Notes: generated from the letters alone by a model not told the origin. 64,000 nt of DNA from an uncultured Solirubrobacteraceae bacterium (GCA_963779605.1 CAVZYR010000003.1:1011377-1075376), one strand, 5' to 3'. Shown: positions 21,732 to 32,353, numbered from the stretch's first letter. Made by a program: numbers and translations.

Positions 21732-23083
21732 CGCAGCTCCCGCCGGCGAAGCTTGCCGGATGGCGTGCGCGCGAGCGGCTCGCGCGCGAGCACCACCCGT
21801 CGCGGCACCTTGTGCGGAGCCAGCACGCGCGCGCAGTGGACGCGCAGCGCCTCGCCCTCGACGACGACGCCGGCCCGGGCGACGACGATCGCCGTGACCG
21901 CCTCCCCCCACTGCGGGTCCGGGCGCCCCACAACGGCCGCCTCGAGCACGTCCGGATGCGCCTCGAGCACAGCCTCGACCTCGGCCGGCGCCACGTTCTC
22001 GCCGCCGCTGATGATCGTGTCGGCGATCCGCCCGGTCACCATCAGCCGCCCGTCCTCGTCCAGCTTGCCGACATCGCCGGTGTGAAGCCAGCCGTCGGAT
22101 CCCACCGCGCCCGGCGCCACCGTTGGTCCCTGCACCATGATCTCATTCTCGCGCCCGATGCGAACCCGCGTGCAGAACAGCGCCACGCCGCCGCCGGAGC
22201 GCTCCTCGCCCAGCGCAGCGGCGGGGGTCGTGGTGACCTGCGAGCAGGCCTCGGTCAGCCCGTAGGTGCTCGCGACCGGCACGCCCGCCGCGCGCGCCCT
22301 GGCAACGAGCGCTTCGGGCACGGGTCCGCCGCCGGTGAGCGCGGCACGCAGAGACGGCGGCCGGGCGAGCCCGGCGTCGAGCAGCCGGGCGAGCGTCGTG
22401 GCCACGAGGCTCACGAGCGTCACGCCCTGCTCGAGCAGCGCATCGCGCACGCGCTCGCCGTCGAACCGCTCATGTACCACCGCCGTCGTGGCGTAGATGG
22501 CGGAGCGAACGAGAATCGACAGGCCGCCGACGTGCGCCAGCGGCAGCGCACACAGCCACCGCTCCTCAGGGTCGCGCCCGAGCGCGACGGCCGAGCCGAG
22601 CGCACTCCACAAGAAGTTCCCGTAGGTGAGCTCGACGGGCCGCGGCGAGGCGGTGGTCCCGGACGTGTGGATGACGACCGCGGTCGCATCGAGATCGTGT
22701 GACACCGCGCCGGCGTGGCCGGCAGGCGCGGGTCGCGGACTCCGGCCGGCGTCCGCGGGAGGCGCCCGCAGCGGCTCCTCCAGCAGCAGCGCCGCCCGAT
22801 CGGCGAGGAGCGTCCGTTCGGCCGGCGAGGAGCGAGCGTCGATCGGCACAGCGACCGCACCCAGCAGGAGGCATGCATGCAGGGCCTGGGCGAAGGCGAG
22901 GCCCGGCGGCAGGGCGACCGCGACCCTCTGCCCCCGCTCGGCGCCGCGCTCTGCGAGCTCGTCCGCACCAGCCAGCGCGGCGGCGAGAAGCTGTGCGTAG
23001 GACCAGCTCCCATCGCGCGTCTGAAGCGCGGTGTGCGCCGGGCGCGTCCTCGCGGCCCGCCCGAGCCATCCCTCGACCAACAT
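21728..23083 (-). CDS. menE: O-succinylbenzoate-CoA ligase
   Basis: AMP-binding motifs [43 protein letters not shown]; sits in the men cluster; start ATG 23083. Confidence 0.88.
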   Translation of the reverse strand: MLVEGWLGRAARTRPAHTALQTRDGSWSYAQLLAAALAGADELAERGAERGQRVAVALPPGLAFAQALHACLLLGAVAVPIDARSSPAERTLLADRAALLLEEPLRAPPADAGRSPRPAPAGHAGAVSHDLDATAVVIHTSGTTASPRPVELTYGNFLWSALGSAVALGRDPEERWLCALPLAHVGGLSILVRSAIYATTAVVHERFDGERVRDALLEQGVTLVSLVATTLARLLDAGLARPPSLRAALTGGGPVPEALVARARAAGVPVASTYGLTEACSQVTTTPAAALGEERSGGGVALFCTRVRIGRENEIMVQGPTVAPGAVGSDGWLHTGDVGKLDEDGRLMVTGRIADTIISGGENVAPAEVEAVLEAHPDVLEAAVVGRPDPQWGEAVTAIVVARAGVVVEGEALRVHCARVLAPHKVPRRVVLAREPLARTPSGKLRRRELR

Positions 23084-23110
23084 GGCGCACAGGCTAGCCT
23101 TCGCGCCATG
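23081..23110. promoter_or_regulatory. Bidirectional leaderless promoter between menE and menB
   Basis: CATGGCGC-AC-AGGCTAGCCT-TC-GCGCCATG: near-perfect inverted repeat giving TAGCCT-N7-ATG on each strand. Confidence 0.7.
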
Positions 23111-23968
23111 ACCACGACCTGGATACCCGCCGCCGATGGCCCCGCCGGCGACTACACGGACATCCGCTACGAGAAGTCCGCGGCCCCGCATGAGGGCATC
23201 GCCAAGATCACGATCGCCCGCCCGGAGGTCAGAAACGCATTTCGCCCGCGCACCGTCATCGAGATGTCGCGGGCGCTCGAGGACGCGCGTGAGGACTCTG
23301 CGATCGGCGTCATCGTGCTGACCGGCGAGGGTTCGCAGGCGTTCTGCTCCGGCGGCGATCAGCGCGTGCGCGGGGACTCGGGATACCTCGATGAGGACGA
23401 GGCCGGAAAAGCGGGCGTGGGACGCTTCCACGTGACCGACCTGCACGTGCAGATCCGGCGGCTGCCCAAGCCGGTCGTGGCGATGGTCGCCGGCTATGCG
23501 ATCGGAGGCGGCCATGTGCTGCACCTCGTCTGCGATCTCACGATCGCGGCCGAGAACGCGCGCTTCGGGCAGGTCGGGCCGAAGGTGGGCTCCTTCGACG
23601 GCGGCTTCGGTGCCGGCCTGTTGGCGAACCTGGTGGGGCCGAAGAAGGCCAAGGAGATCTGGTTTCTGTGCCGGCAGTACTCCGCACAGGAGGCCCTGCA
23701 GATGGGCCTCGTGAACACGGTCGTGCCCCTCGAGCAGCTCGAGGAGGAGACCGTCGGATGGTGCAGCGAGATGCTCGCGCTGTCACCGTTCGCGCTGCGG
23801 CTGCTGAAGGCGAGCTTCAACGCCGCCGAGGACGGCCTCAGCGGCATCCAGCAGCTCGCACACGACGCGAACCTCCTGTTCTATGAAAGCGCGGAGGCGC
23901 AGGAGGGCCGCGATGCCTACATGGACAAGCGAAAGCCCGATTTCTCGCGTTTCCCGCGGCGCGCCTGA
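23108..23968 (+). CDS. menB: 1,4-dihydroxy-2-naphthoyl-CoA synthase
   Basis: [50 protein letters not shown]. Confidence 0.97.
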   Translation: MTTTWIPAADGPAGDYTDIRYEKSAAPHEGIAKITIARPEVRNAFRPRTVIEMSRALEDAREDSAIGVIVLTGEGSQAFCSGGDQRVRGDSGYLDEDEAGKAGVGRFHVTDLHVQIRRLPKPVVAMVAGYAIGGGHVLHLVCDLTIAAENARFGQVGPKVGSFDGGFGAGLLANLVGPKKAKEIWFLCRQYSAQEALQMGLVNTVVPLEQLEEETVGWCSEMLALSPFALRLLKASFNAAEDGLSGIQQLAHDANLLFYESAEAQEGRDAYMDKRKPDFSRFPRRA

Positions 23969-23972
23969 ACGT

Positions 23973-24869
23973 GTGAGCGCGGTGCGCATCTGGGTGATGG
24001 CGGCGCGCGTGCGCACGCTGCCGGCGGCGGTCGCGCCCGTGCTCGTAGGCACCTCGCTGGCGCTGGGGGCCGGCCACTTCCATCCGCTCGCGTTCCTCGC
24101 CGCGCTGCTCGGAGCGGTCTTCATACAGGTCGGAACCAACCTCTCCAACGACTACTCCGATGCGCGTCGCGGCGCCGACACCGAGGACCGGCTGGGTCCG
24201 GTGCGGGTGACGGCCGGCGGGCTCGTGCCACCGCGTCAGGTGCTGATCGCGACCTACGTCACGTTCGGGCTGGCGGTCGCCTGCGGCGCCTACCTGGTCG
24301 CGGTGGCGGGCCCCGAGCTCTTGGCGGTGGGGGCGGCTTCGATCCTCGCCGGCGTCCTCTACACGGGCGGGCCGCGCCCCTACGGGTACGAGGGCCTCGG
24401 CGAGCTGTTCGTGTTCCTGTTCTTCGGGATCGTCGCCGTGGTCGGGTCCTACTTCGTGCAGGTGCAGGCGCTTCCGTGGCAGGCCTTCGTGTGCGCGGTG
24501 CCCGTCGGCCTGCTGGCGAGCGCGATCCTCGTGGTCAACAACGTGCGCGACCTCGAGACCGACCGGCGCGCGGGCAAGCGCACGCTCGCGGTTCGCATGG
24601 GCCGGGAGCGCACGCGCGCGCTGTACACGGCGATGCTGACCGCGGCGTTCCTGACGGCGCCGCTGTCGTGGGTGCTCGGGTCGATGACGGCGTGGCTCTT
24701 GCTCACCTGGGCGAGCATCCCGCTCGCGGTCGCCGTGGCCCGCGTGGTGCGCACCCGCCGCGACGGCCCGTCGCTGAACGGCGCCCTCGCGAGGACGGGC
24801 GCGCTGCAGCTCGTGTTCTGCCTGCTGTTCTCGGCAGGGATCCTCGCAAGCGGCGGCATCGGCTCATGA
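23973..24869 (+). CDS. menA: DHNA polyprenyltransferase
   Basis: RVRTLPAA, NLSNDYSDARRGAD, YTGGPRPYGYEGLGE, NNVRDLETDRRAGKRTL. Confidence 0.94.
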   Translation: MSAVRIWVMAARVRTLPAAVAPVLVGTSLALGAGHFHPLAFLAALLGAVFIQVGTNLSNDYSDARRGADTEDRLGPVRVTAGGLVPPRQVLIATYVTFGLAVACGAYLVAVAGPELLAVGAASILAGVLYTGGPRPYGYEGLGELFVFLFFGIVAVVGSYFVQVQALPWQAFVCAVPVGLLASAILVVNNVRDLETDRRAGKRTLAVRMGRERTRALYTAMLTAAFLTAPLSWVLGSMTAWLLLTWASIPLAVAVARVVRTRRDGPSLNGALARTGALQLVFCLLFSAGILASGGIGS

Positions 24870-25912
24870 GATTGGACGTCACGCGGCGCACCCTGCGGCT
24901 GAGGGACCCGCTCGAGACCTCATACGGATCGATCATCGAGCGCGATCTCCTATGCGTGTCGGTCACCGACGCGGCGGGTGTCGCCGGCCACGGTGAGGCC
25001 GCCCCGCTGCCCTCCTACGATGGCGTGAGCAGCGAGCAGGTGCAGGCCGCGCTTGCCCGGTACGGTCCCGTGCTGGCGGCCGCGGAGGGCCTCAACGGCG
25101 CGCAGATCCTCGACGCATGCCGCCGCGTGGCCGATCTTCCACAGGCGCTCGCCGCGATCGACCTGGCGCTGTGGGATCGGGCCGGGCGGCTGCGCCGAAA
25201 GCCGGTCGCCGCGCTGCTCACGGATCGTCCGGCGCCGGCCGTGCCCGTCAACGCGACGATCACGGCACTCGACCGGCGCGGCGCCGCCGAGCAGACCGCG
25301 GCCGCGGTGAGCGAGGGGTTCGCGTGTGTGAAGGTGAAGGTGGGCGTGGGTGACGACGCCGGACGCGTCGCCGCCGCGCGCGCGGCCGGTGGCCGCGAGG
25401 TGGCGCTGCGCCTGGACGCGAACGGGGCGTGGACCGTGGAGGATGCCGTGCGCGCCATCGACGCGCTGTCGCCCGCCGGGCTGGAGCTCGTCGAGGAGCC
25501 CGTGCACGGTCTGCACGGCGTGCGGGAGGTGCGCGAGCGGGTGGCCGTGCGCGTCGCGATCGACGAGACCGCGTCAGAGCACGGCGCGCTGGGCGCGGGC
25601 GTCGCCGACGCCGTGTGCCTGAAGATCTCCCGCTGCGGAGGCATCTCGAGCCTGATCGCCGCCGCCACGCTCGTCAGAGCCTCCGGCGCCGAGGTCTACC
25701 TCGCCTCGACGCTGGACGGCCCGCTGGGGATCGCCGCCGCGCTGCACGCCGCGGCGGCCCTCGCCTCGCGCGGCCCGGTCCCCCCCTGCGGACTGGCCAC
25801 GCTCAGGCTGTTCCAGGATCTCGAGGACCCGCTGCCCGCGCGGGACGGTCAGATCGCCGTGCCGACGGCCCCCGGCCTCGGGGTCGCCCCGCTTGGACCG
25901 GATCACCGATGA
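24866..25912 (+). CDS. menC: O-succinylbenzoate synthase (enolase superfamily)
   Basis: KVKVG, RLDANGAW, EEP, AIDE, CLK motifs; start ATG 24866 overlaps the menA stop. Confidence 0.85.
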   Translation: MRLDVTRRTLRLRDPLETSYGSIIERDLLCVSVTDAAGVAGHGEAAPLPSYDGVSSEQVQAALARYGPVLAAAEGLNGAQILDACRRVADLPQALAAIDLALWDRAGRLRRKPVAALLTDRPAPAVPVNATITALDRRGAAEQTAAAVSEGFACVKVKVGVGDDAGRVAAARAAGGREVALRLDANGAWTVEDAVRAIDALSPAGLELVEEPVHGLHGVREVRERVAVRVAIDETASEHGALGAGVADAVCLKISRCGGISSLIAAATLVRASGAEVYLASTLDGPLGIAAALHAAAALASRGPVPPCGLATLRLFQDLEDPLPARDGQIAVPTAPGLGVAPLGPDHR

Positions 25913-26649
25913 CCCTGATCGAACGCGACCGTCTCGTCGAACACCCTCGCCAGCGCGGCCGGGTTCTCGAGCGCCAGAACGTGGCCGCCCGCCACCACGA
26001 CAAGGCGGGAGCCGGTGATCAGGCCGGCCAGGCGTTCGCCCAGCGCGCGAAACTTCTGATCGCGATCGCCCACCACGACGGTCACCGGCATCGTGAGCGC
26101 GCCCAACCTGTCCCACAGCGGCTGCATCTCGCCGGTGCCGAGGCCCCGCAGGGCCGCCGCGAGCGCGCCCGGGCGGTTGCGACGGTGATCGTCGCGGGCG
26201 AGCGCGGCGACCTTGGGCGGGTCCTCGGCGAACAGCGGCTGGGTGCGCCAGCGCTCGATGAAGTCCTCGTAGGGGACCCGTTCGAGCTCATCCGCCAGCC
26301 GCTCATCGGCGCGGCGCCGCGCGGCTCTGTCCGCCGCATCGCTGATGCCGGCGGTGGTGGACACCAGCACGAGGCTCGCGACGCGCGCGGGCGCCGCCAG
26401 CGCGACGCGCAGGGCGATCCGCCCACCGAGCGAGTACCCGGCCAGCGCGAAGCGCTCGGGGCAGCGCGCCAGCACATGCTCGACGCAGCCGTCGAGCGTG
26501 ACCGGAGATTCGACGTCGGCGGCCTCGCCGTGCCCGGGCAGGTCGAGTGCCAGCGGCCGGTAGCCTTGCGGGCCGATCCGCTCGAGGACTCGGTCCCACG
26601 CGTGCCGGGTGCCGGCGAAGCCGTGCAATAGAACCAAGCTCTCTCGCAC
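25903..26649 (-). CDS. menH: SHCHC synthase (alpha/beta hydrolase)
   Basis: LLHGFAG, DLPGHG, GYSLGGR, WRTQPLF; men cluster context. Confidence 0.85.
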   Translation of the reverse strand: MRESLVLLHGFAGTRHAWDRVLERIGPQGYRPLALDLPGHGEAADVESPVTLDGCVEHVLARCPERFALAGYSLGGRIALRVALAAPARVASLVLVSTTAGISDAADRAARRRADERLADELERVPYEDFIERWRTQPLFAEDPPKVAALARDDHRRNRPGALAAALRGLGTGEMQPLWDRLGALTMPVTVVVGDRDQKFRALGERLAGLITGSRLVVVAGGHVLALENPAALARVFDETVAFDQGHR

Positions 26650-26681
26650 GTGGCCATCCTAGTTCCCGCCCCCACCCGCCC

Positions 26682-28508
26682 GTGAGCTCCGTCGCCGACA
26701 CCTACGTGCTGTTGCGAGCGTTCGTCGATGAGCTCGCCCGCTGCGGCATGCGCGCCGCCTGCACCTCGCCGGGCTCTCGCTGCGCGCCGCTCGTGCTGTC
26801 GCTCGCCCACGAGCAGCGGCTGCGCTGCTTCTCCCACGTCGACGAGCGCTGCTCGGGTTTCTTCGCGCTGGGCCTGGCCAAGGCCTCGGGACTGCCCGTC
26901 GCCGTCGCCTGCACGTCCGGGACGGCCGCCGCCGAGCTCCTGCCCGCGGCGCTCGAGGCCCGCGAGGCCCGCACTCCGCTGATCCTGCTGACGGCCGATC
27001 GGCCGCCCGAGCTGCGTGAGAACGGCGCCGGACAGGCAGTCGACCAGCTGAAGCTGTTCGGGGGCGCCGCCAAGTGGTTCTTCGAGGTGGGCACCCACGC
27101 CGCGAGCGCCGAGCGGCTGCGCTGGATGCGCACGCTCGCCTGCCGCGCCTACTGGACCGCGCTCGAGGGCCGCCCGGGCGTCGTGCATCTCAACTTCCCC
27201 CTGCGCGAGCCGCTCGTCAGCGACGAGCCCCTCCCGCAAGACCACAGCGCCCGCCCCGGCGGACTGCCCTTCGTTCTGCGCGAGCCGCTCAGGCTCGGAG
27301 GCCGCCCCAGCCGCGAGGGCGTGCCGGGCGTGCCGACGCGGCGGCCGCCGCTGAGCGGCGAGATCACGCCGGCCGCGCTCATCGCCGGCGCGCGGCGCGG
27401 CGTCGTGGTGGCCGGGCGCGACGAGCACCGCGCAGGCCCCGGCAGTCACTCGACAGGCGAGGCGGCGGCGGCGTTTGCGACCGCCGCAGGCTGGCCGCTG
27501 CTCGCCGATCCGCTGTCCGGCGCCCGCCGCGGCGAAGCCGCGATCGCGCACTACGACGCCCTCCTTCGCGATCACGCGTTCACCGCCTCGCTCGATCCGG
27601 ATCTGATCCTGCGTGTCGGCGACCTGCCCGTGTCAAAGCCGCTGCGGACCTGGCTCGCGGGACTGGGGGCTGTGCGCCAGGTCGGCCTCGATCCCGAGGG
27701 CGCCTGGCAGGATCCGGCGGCGGTGCTCTCGCACTCGCTCGCGCTGGACCCGGCGGCCACGCTGACGGAGCTCGCGGCGGCGCCGGAGCTTGCGCAGGAC
27801 GGCTGGCTCGCGGGCTGGCGCAGCGCCGACGCGCGCGCGGCCGAGGCGATCCTCGGGGCGCTCGCGGGCGGCGATCTGTCAGAACCGCTCGTCGCCGCCG
27901 AGCTCGGCGTGCTGCTGCCGGCGCAGGCCACCATGTTCGTGGCGTCCTCGATGCCGGTGCGCGACATCGAGACCTTCTGGCCGGTCCGCCCCGATCCGCC
28001 GCGGGTGTTGTGCAACCGCGGCGCCAACGGCATCGACGGCACCGTCTCGAGCGCGTTCGGCGCCGCGGCCGCGCAAGCGGGCCCGGTCATACTGCTGATC
28101 GGCGACGTCGCGCTAGCCCACGACATCGGTGGGCTGCTTGCGGCCGAGCGGCTTCAGCTGAAGCTCACGATCGTGCTGATGGACAACGGCGGCGGAGGCA
28201 TCTTCGACTTCCTGCCCGTCTCCCGTGCGGCGCCGGCGCGGGCGTCCGAGCAGCGTGAGGGCTCGGGCGGCGAGGACATCTACACCCGGCACATCGCCAC
28301 CCCCACGGGGCTCGACTTCGCCAAGGCCGCCGGGCTGTACGGGCTCTCACACGAGCGCGTGGGCGACGTGGGCGAGTTTCGCGCGGCGCTCGAGCGCTCG
28401 CTGGCACGCAGCGAGTCGAGCATCGTCGAAGTCCGCGGCGAGCGCGCACGCAACGTCGAGCTGCACGGGCGCGTGTGGGACGCCGTGTCGCGCGCGCTCA
28501 GTCCGTGA
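26682..28508 (+). CDS. menD: SEPHCHC synthase (ThDP-dependent)
   Basis: SPGSRCAPL, DERCSGFFALG, CTSGTA, TADRPPEL, NRGANGIDG, GDVALAHD, NGGGGIF; start GTG 26682. Confidence 0.95.
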   Translation: MSSVADTYVLLRAFVDELARCGMRAACTSPGSRCAPLVLSLAHEQRLRCFSHVDERCSGFFALGLAKASGLPVAVACTSGTAAAELLPAALEAREARTPLILLTADRPPELRENGAGQAVDQLKLFGGAAKWFFEVGTHAASAERLRWMRTLACRAYWTALEGRPGVVHLNFPLREPLVSDEPLPQDHSARPGGLPFVLREPLRLGGRPSREGVPGVPTRRPPLSGEITPAALIAGARRGVVVAGRDEHRAGPGSHSTGEAAAAFATAAGWPLLADPLSGARRGEAAIAHYDALLRDHAFTASLDPDLILRVGDLPVSKPLRTWLAGLGAVRQVGLDPEGAWQDPAAVLSHSLALDPAATLTELAAAPELAQDGWLAGWRSADARAAEAILGALAGGDLSEPLVAAELGVLLPAQATMFVASSMPVRDIETFWPVRPDPPRVLCNRGANGIDGTVSSAFGAAAAQAGPVILLIGDVALAHDIGGLLAAERLQLKLTIVLMDNGGGGIFDFLPVSRAAPARASEQREGSGGEDIYTRHIATPTGLDFAKAAGLYGLSHERVGDVGEFRAALERSLARSESSIVEVRGERARNVELHGRVWDAVSRALSP

Positions 28509-29946
28509 GCAGCGGGAGCAGCGCTGAGAGCTTGACCTCCGTCTCGGCCAGCTCGGCCGCCGGATCGGACTCCGCGACGATGCCGTTGCCGGCGTAGCAG
28601 CGCGCGATCGCGCCGCGCAGCAGCGCGCAGCGCAGAGCCACGCAGAACTCCCCGTCTCCGGTTGCGTCGGTCCAGCCGACGGGGCCGCTGTACCAGCCGC
28701 GGTCGAGGCCCTCGAGCGCTGGGATCAGCGGCGCCGCTCGCGATAACGGCTCGCCCCCCACGGCCGGCGTGGGATGCATCAGCCCGGCCAGCTCCAGCGC
28801 GTCCATGGGCTCCGTGAGCTGAGCTCTGATCGGGGTCGCCAGATGCTGGATGTTGGCGATCTTGACCAGCGCCGGCTCGGGAGCGGCGGCGACCCACACC
28901 GCGTGCGGACGGAGCGTTCGCTCGATCCGCCGCGCGACGATCGCGTGCTCGTCGCGAAAACCCTCGTCACGCAACAGCTGCTCGCCGAGATGGTCATCCA
29001 CGGCCGGATCGGCGCTGCGGCGCGTCGAGCCGGCCAGCGCCAGCGTGCTCACGCGATGCCCCTCGCGCCGCACGAGCAGCTCGGGACTGGCGGCGACGAG
29101 CGCCGCCTCGCCGCGCCCGATGCAGAACACGAAGCACGACGGGAACTCATCGCGCAGGACGCCGATGACGGCCGCGGGCTGATAGGCGACGGGGCCGTGC
29201 ACGTGTACTTCGCGGGCCAGCACGATCTTCTCGATCTTCCCCGCCGCGATCAGCTCGACCGCCCGCGCCACCGCCGCCTCGTAGTGCTCGGGCGGCATCG
29301 CGCTCGATACCTGAAAGCGCCCCACCGGCGCCGGGTCGAGCAGCGGCAGCGCGCGCGAACGCAGCTCGCCGAGGCGCGCTCGCAGCGCCGCGTGCAGGTC
29401 CTCGGCCATGTCGTCGGGCGAGACGAGGGCCGCGAGCGTCAGGTGCACCGCCGGCTCACCGTGGCGCTCGCCGCGGACGAGCGCCACCTCCGGCACGATC
29501 AGCGAAGCCGGTTCGAACCCCGCCCAGTGCGGCGACGCGCCCCCGTTGGCGGCGAATGCGAAGCCACCCACGGCGATCGGGCCGGCGCCGTCGACACCAT
29601 CGCCGGCAGCGCTCACGCCCGCCGCCGCCAGCGCGCGCCAGCGCTCGGCGACGCTGGTGAAACGCCCGGCGCCCTCGGCCTCGAGGCTCAGCGCCTCGCC
29701 GAGCCCGGCGAGGGCAGCGTGGCCGCGGTCGGGCTGCTCAAACGTGAACCAGGCCTCCCCCGGGCGCCGCGACGCGCACACGACCGCGGTCGGATCAAGA
29801 TCGCCCGGCAGCTCCACGGCGAGCGTCGCGAGCGTGGCCGAGCCGCTCCGCCGCGCCTGCTTCAGTGTCCTCCCAAGGCATGAGCCAAGACGCTCGTCGT
29901 CTGCTCTCGTGAGCGCGAAGGGCGAGAGTGAGCCGGTGTCCAGCAC
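28498..29946 (-). CDS. menF: Isochorismate synthase
   Basis: KIVLAR, ASPELL, ALAGS, QHLATPI, HPTPAVGG, RGWYSGPVGW, YAGNGIVAESDP. Confidence 0.92.
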   Translation of the reverse strand: MLDTGSLSPFALTRADDERLGSCLGRTLKQARRSGSATLATLAVELPGDLDPTAVVCASRRPGEAWFTFEQPDRGHAALAGLGEALSLEAEGAGRFTSVAERWRALAAAGVSAAGDGVDGAGPIAVGGFAFAANGGASPHWAGFEPASLIVPEVALVRGERHGEPAVHLTLAALVSPDDMAEDLHAALRARLGELRSRALPLLDPAPVGRFQVSSAMPPEHYEAAVARAVELIAAGKIEKIVLAREVHVHGPVAYQPAAVIGVLRDEFPSCFVFCIGRGEAALVAASPELLVRREGHRVSTLALAGSTRRSADPAVDDHLGEQLLRDEGFRDEHAIVARRIERTLRPHAVWVAAAPEPALVKIANIQHLATPIRAQLTEPMDALELAGLMHPTPAVGGEPLSRAAPLIPALEGLDRGWYSGPVGWTDATGDGEFCVALRCALLRGAIARCYAGNGIVAESDPAAELAETEVKLSALLPLLTD

Positions 29947-29949
29947 CCG

Positions 29950-30519
29950 CTAGGTCTCGCTGCGCCCCCGCGAGATCGCGATCTCGCCCGTGCGCATCAT
30001 CTCGATCAGGCCGAACGGCCGGACCATGCCCTCGAACGCTGCGATCTTGTCCGTCGTGCCGGTGATCTCGATGATCACCGCGCGCTTGGTCACGTCCACG
30101 ACCTTGCCGCGGAAGATCTCGGCAATCTGCATGAGCTCGCCGCGCTGCACGCCGTCGGCGGCGACCTTGAACAGCGCGAGCTCGCGCGCGACCGTGTCGG
30201 CGGGCTCCAGATCTCGGATCTTCAGCACGTTGATCAGCTTGTGCAGCTGCTTGGTCACCTGGTCGATCGGATGCAGCGCTCCGTCCACCGTGAGCGTGAC
30301 GCGCGAGACCTGCTCGTCGTCGGTCGGACCAACCGTGAGCGTGTCGATGTTGAAGCCTCTCCTGGCGAACAGGCCGGCGATCCGCGTGAGCACTCCGGAC
30401 TTGTTTTCGACGAGAATCGACAGCACGTGCTTGCGGCCCGTGCGTATGCTCGTCGCGGCCTCGAGCTCGGCGAGGCTGAGCGTGGCCTTGGTGCCGGGTT
30501 CACCCATCGCCGCGCTCAC
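29950..30519 (-). CDS. ilvN: Acetolactate synthase small subunit
   Basis: SILVENKSGVLTRIAGLFARRGFNIDTL, QVTKQLHKLINV, ARELAL, RTGEIAI. Confidence 0.95.
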   Translation of the reverse strand: MSAAMGEPGTKATLSLAELEAATSIRTGRKHVLSILVENKSGVLTRIAGLFARRGFNIDTLTVGPTDDEQVSRVTLTVDGALHPIDQVTKQLHKLINVLKIRDLEPADTVARELALFKVAADGVQRGELMQIAEIFRGKVVDVTKRAVIIEITGTTDKIAAFEGMVRPFGLIEMMRTGEIAISRGRSET

Positions 30520-32192
30520 CCGACCATCTCGCGGGCGGCCTGACCGGCGGGGATCATCGGGTAGGTGTTCTCCTCGCGCGTGACGCGAACGTCCACCACC
30601 ACCGGGCCCTCGATCGCGATTGCGCGCTTCATGTCCGCGACCAGCGTGGCCTTGTCCTCGCAGCGCATGCCCGTCGCCCCGTAGGCCTCCGCCAGCTTCA
30701 CGTAGTCGGGAAAGTCGCCCGTGTCCACGTGGCTGTATTTACCATCCCAGAACAGCTCCTGCCACTGGCGGACCATGCCGAGGTAGCCGTTGTTCATGAT
30801 GAACACCTTGATCGGGATCTGATTCTGCGCGCAGGTCGCAAGCTCCTGCGCGTTCATCTGCACCGACCCGTCGCCCGCGATGCAGCAGACGAGCCGCTCG
30901 GGACAGCCGACGGCCGCGCCCATCGCGGCCGGCAGGCCGAAGCCCATCGTGCCCAACCCGCCCGAGTTGATCCACCGCCGCGGCGCCGGAAAGTCGTAGT
31001 ACTGCGCCGCCCACATCTGGTGCTGGCCGACGTCGCTTGTCACGATCGCCTCGCCGCCCGTCGCCTCGTGCAGCGCCTGGACCATGTACTGCGGCTTGAT
31101 CTCCGCGTCGCTCGAGTCCTCATAGCCGAGCGGATACTTCTCGCGCCAGCCGTCGATCCGCCCCCACCAAGCGGCCAGCCGCGCGGGGTCCGCGCCGATC
31201 GCGCGGTACTCGATCACCAGCTTGGCGAGGACGTGCTTGGCGTCGCCGACGATCGGAATGTGCGCCGGCACGTTCTTGGAGATCTCCGCCGGGTCGACGT
31301 CGATGTGGATGAACTTCGCCCGCGGCGCGAACTCCGAGAGCTTGCCGGTGATGCGGTCGTCGAAGCGCGCGCCGATCGCGCAGATCAGGTCGGCCTCGTC
31401 CATCGCGTAGTTCGCGGCGCGCGTGCCGTGCATCCCGAGCATCCCGAGCCACTGCTCGTGGGGCGCAGGGAATGCACCGAGCCCCATCAGCGTGCACGTC
31501 ACCGGAAAGCGGTCCGAAGTCGCGAACTCCACGAGCTCCTCGGAGGCGTTCGCGTTGACCACGCCGCCGCCGGCGTAGATCACCGGGCGCTGCGCCGCGG
31601 CGAGCGCCTTGGCGGCCTGGCGGACCTGCTTCTGGTTGCCCTCGACCCGCGGCTGGTAGCCGGGCAGGTGCACGTCGGTGACGGGCTCATAGGCGATCTC
31701 CGCACGCGAGAGGTCCATCGGGATGTCGACGAGCACGGGCCCCGGGCGCCCCGTGCGCGCGATGTGAAACGCCTCGTGGATCGCGCGCGGGATCTCGTCG
31801 GGATTCTGGATCATGAACGAGTGCTTGACGACCGGCATCGTTATGCCGATCGTGTCGGCCTCCTGAAAGCCGTCGGTGCCGAGCAGTTCGGTGCGCACCT
31901 GGCCCGTGATGAACACGACCGCCACCGAGTCCATCATCGCGTCGCAGATCGGCGTGATCAGGTTCGTCGCGCCCGGCCCGCTGGTGGCGAACGCGACCCC
32001 GACTTTGCCGGTCGCCTTGGCGTAGCCCTCGGCGGCGTGCCCGCCGCCGGCCTCGTGGCGGACGAGGATGTGACGGATGCCGCCGCCGACGAACGCGTCG
32101 TAGGTGGGGAGGTTGGCGCCGCCGGGCAGGCCGAAGACGACATCCACGCCCTCCGCCTTCAGGCATTCCATCACGGCGTCGACCGCTCGCAT
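30516..32192 (-). CDS. ilvB: Acetolactate synthase large subunit
   Basis: FGLPGGA, RHEAGGGH, TSGPGATN, GMLGMHG, DVGQHQMW, SGGLGTMGFG, GDGS, NNGYLGMVRQWQ. Confidence 0.97.
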   Translation of the reverse strand: MRAVDAVMECLKAEGVDVVFGLPGGANLPTYDAFVGGGIRHILVRHEAGGGHAAEGYAKATGKVGVAFATSGPGATNLITPICDAMMDSVAVVFITGQVRTELLGTDGFQEADTIGITMPVVKHSFMIQNPDEIPRAIHEAFHIARTGRPGPVLVDIPMDLSRAEIAYEPVTDVHLPGYQPRVEGNQKQVRQAAKALAAAQRPVIYAGGGVVNANASEELVEFATSDRFPVTCTLMGLGAFPAPHEQWLGMLGMHGTRAANYAMDEADLICAIGARFDDRITGKLSEFAPRAKFIHIDVDPAEISKNVPAHIPIVGDAKHVLAKLVIEYRAIGADPARLAAWWGRIDGWREKYPLGYEDSSDAEIKPQYMVQALHEATGGEAIVTSDVGQHQMWAAQYYDFPAPRRWINSGGLGTMGFGLPAAMGAAVGCPERLVCCIAGDGSVQMNAQELATCAQNQIPIKVFIMNNGYLGMVRQWQELFWDGKYSHVDTGDFPDYVKLAEAYGATGMRCEDKATLVADMKRAIAIEGPVVVDVRVTREENTYPMIPAGQAAREMVG

Positions 32193-32353
32193 CTCGCCGA
32201 GCTCCTTTCCTTAATAACTGGGGCAACAGTCGGAACTGCTGCGGAAAACCCCAGTGTACCAGCGGGTTTAGGCGGCGCTCGGAAGCCTGCAACGCGGCTG
32301 TCCGCGGTCCCCGCGCGCCGCGCGGGCACTGATGAGGACGACTCCCGGGCGCC

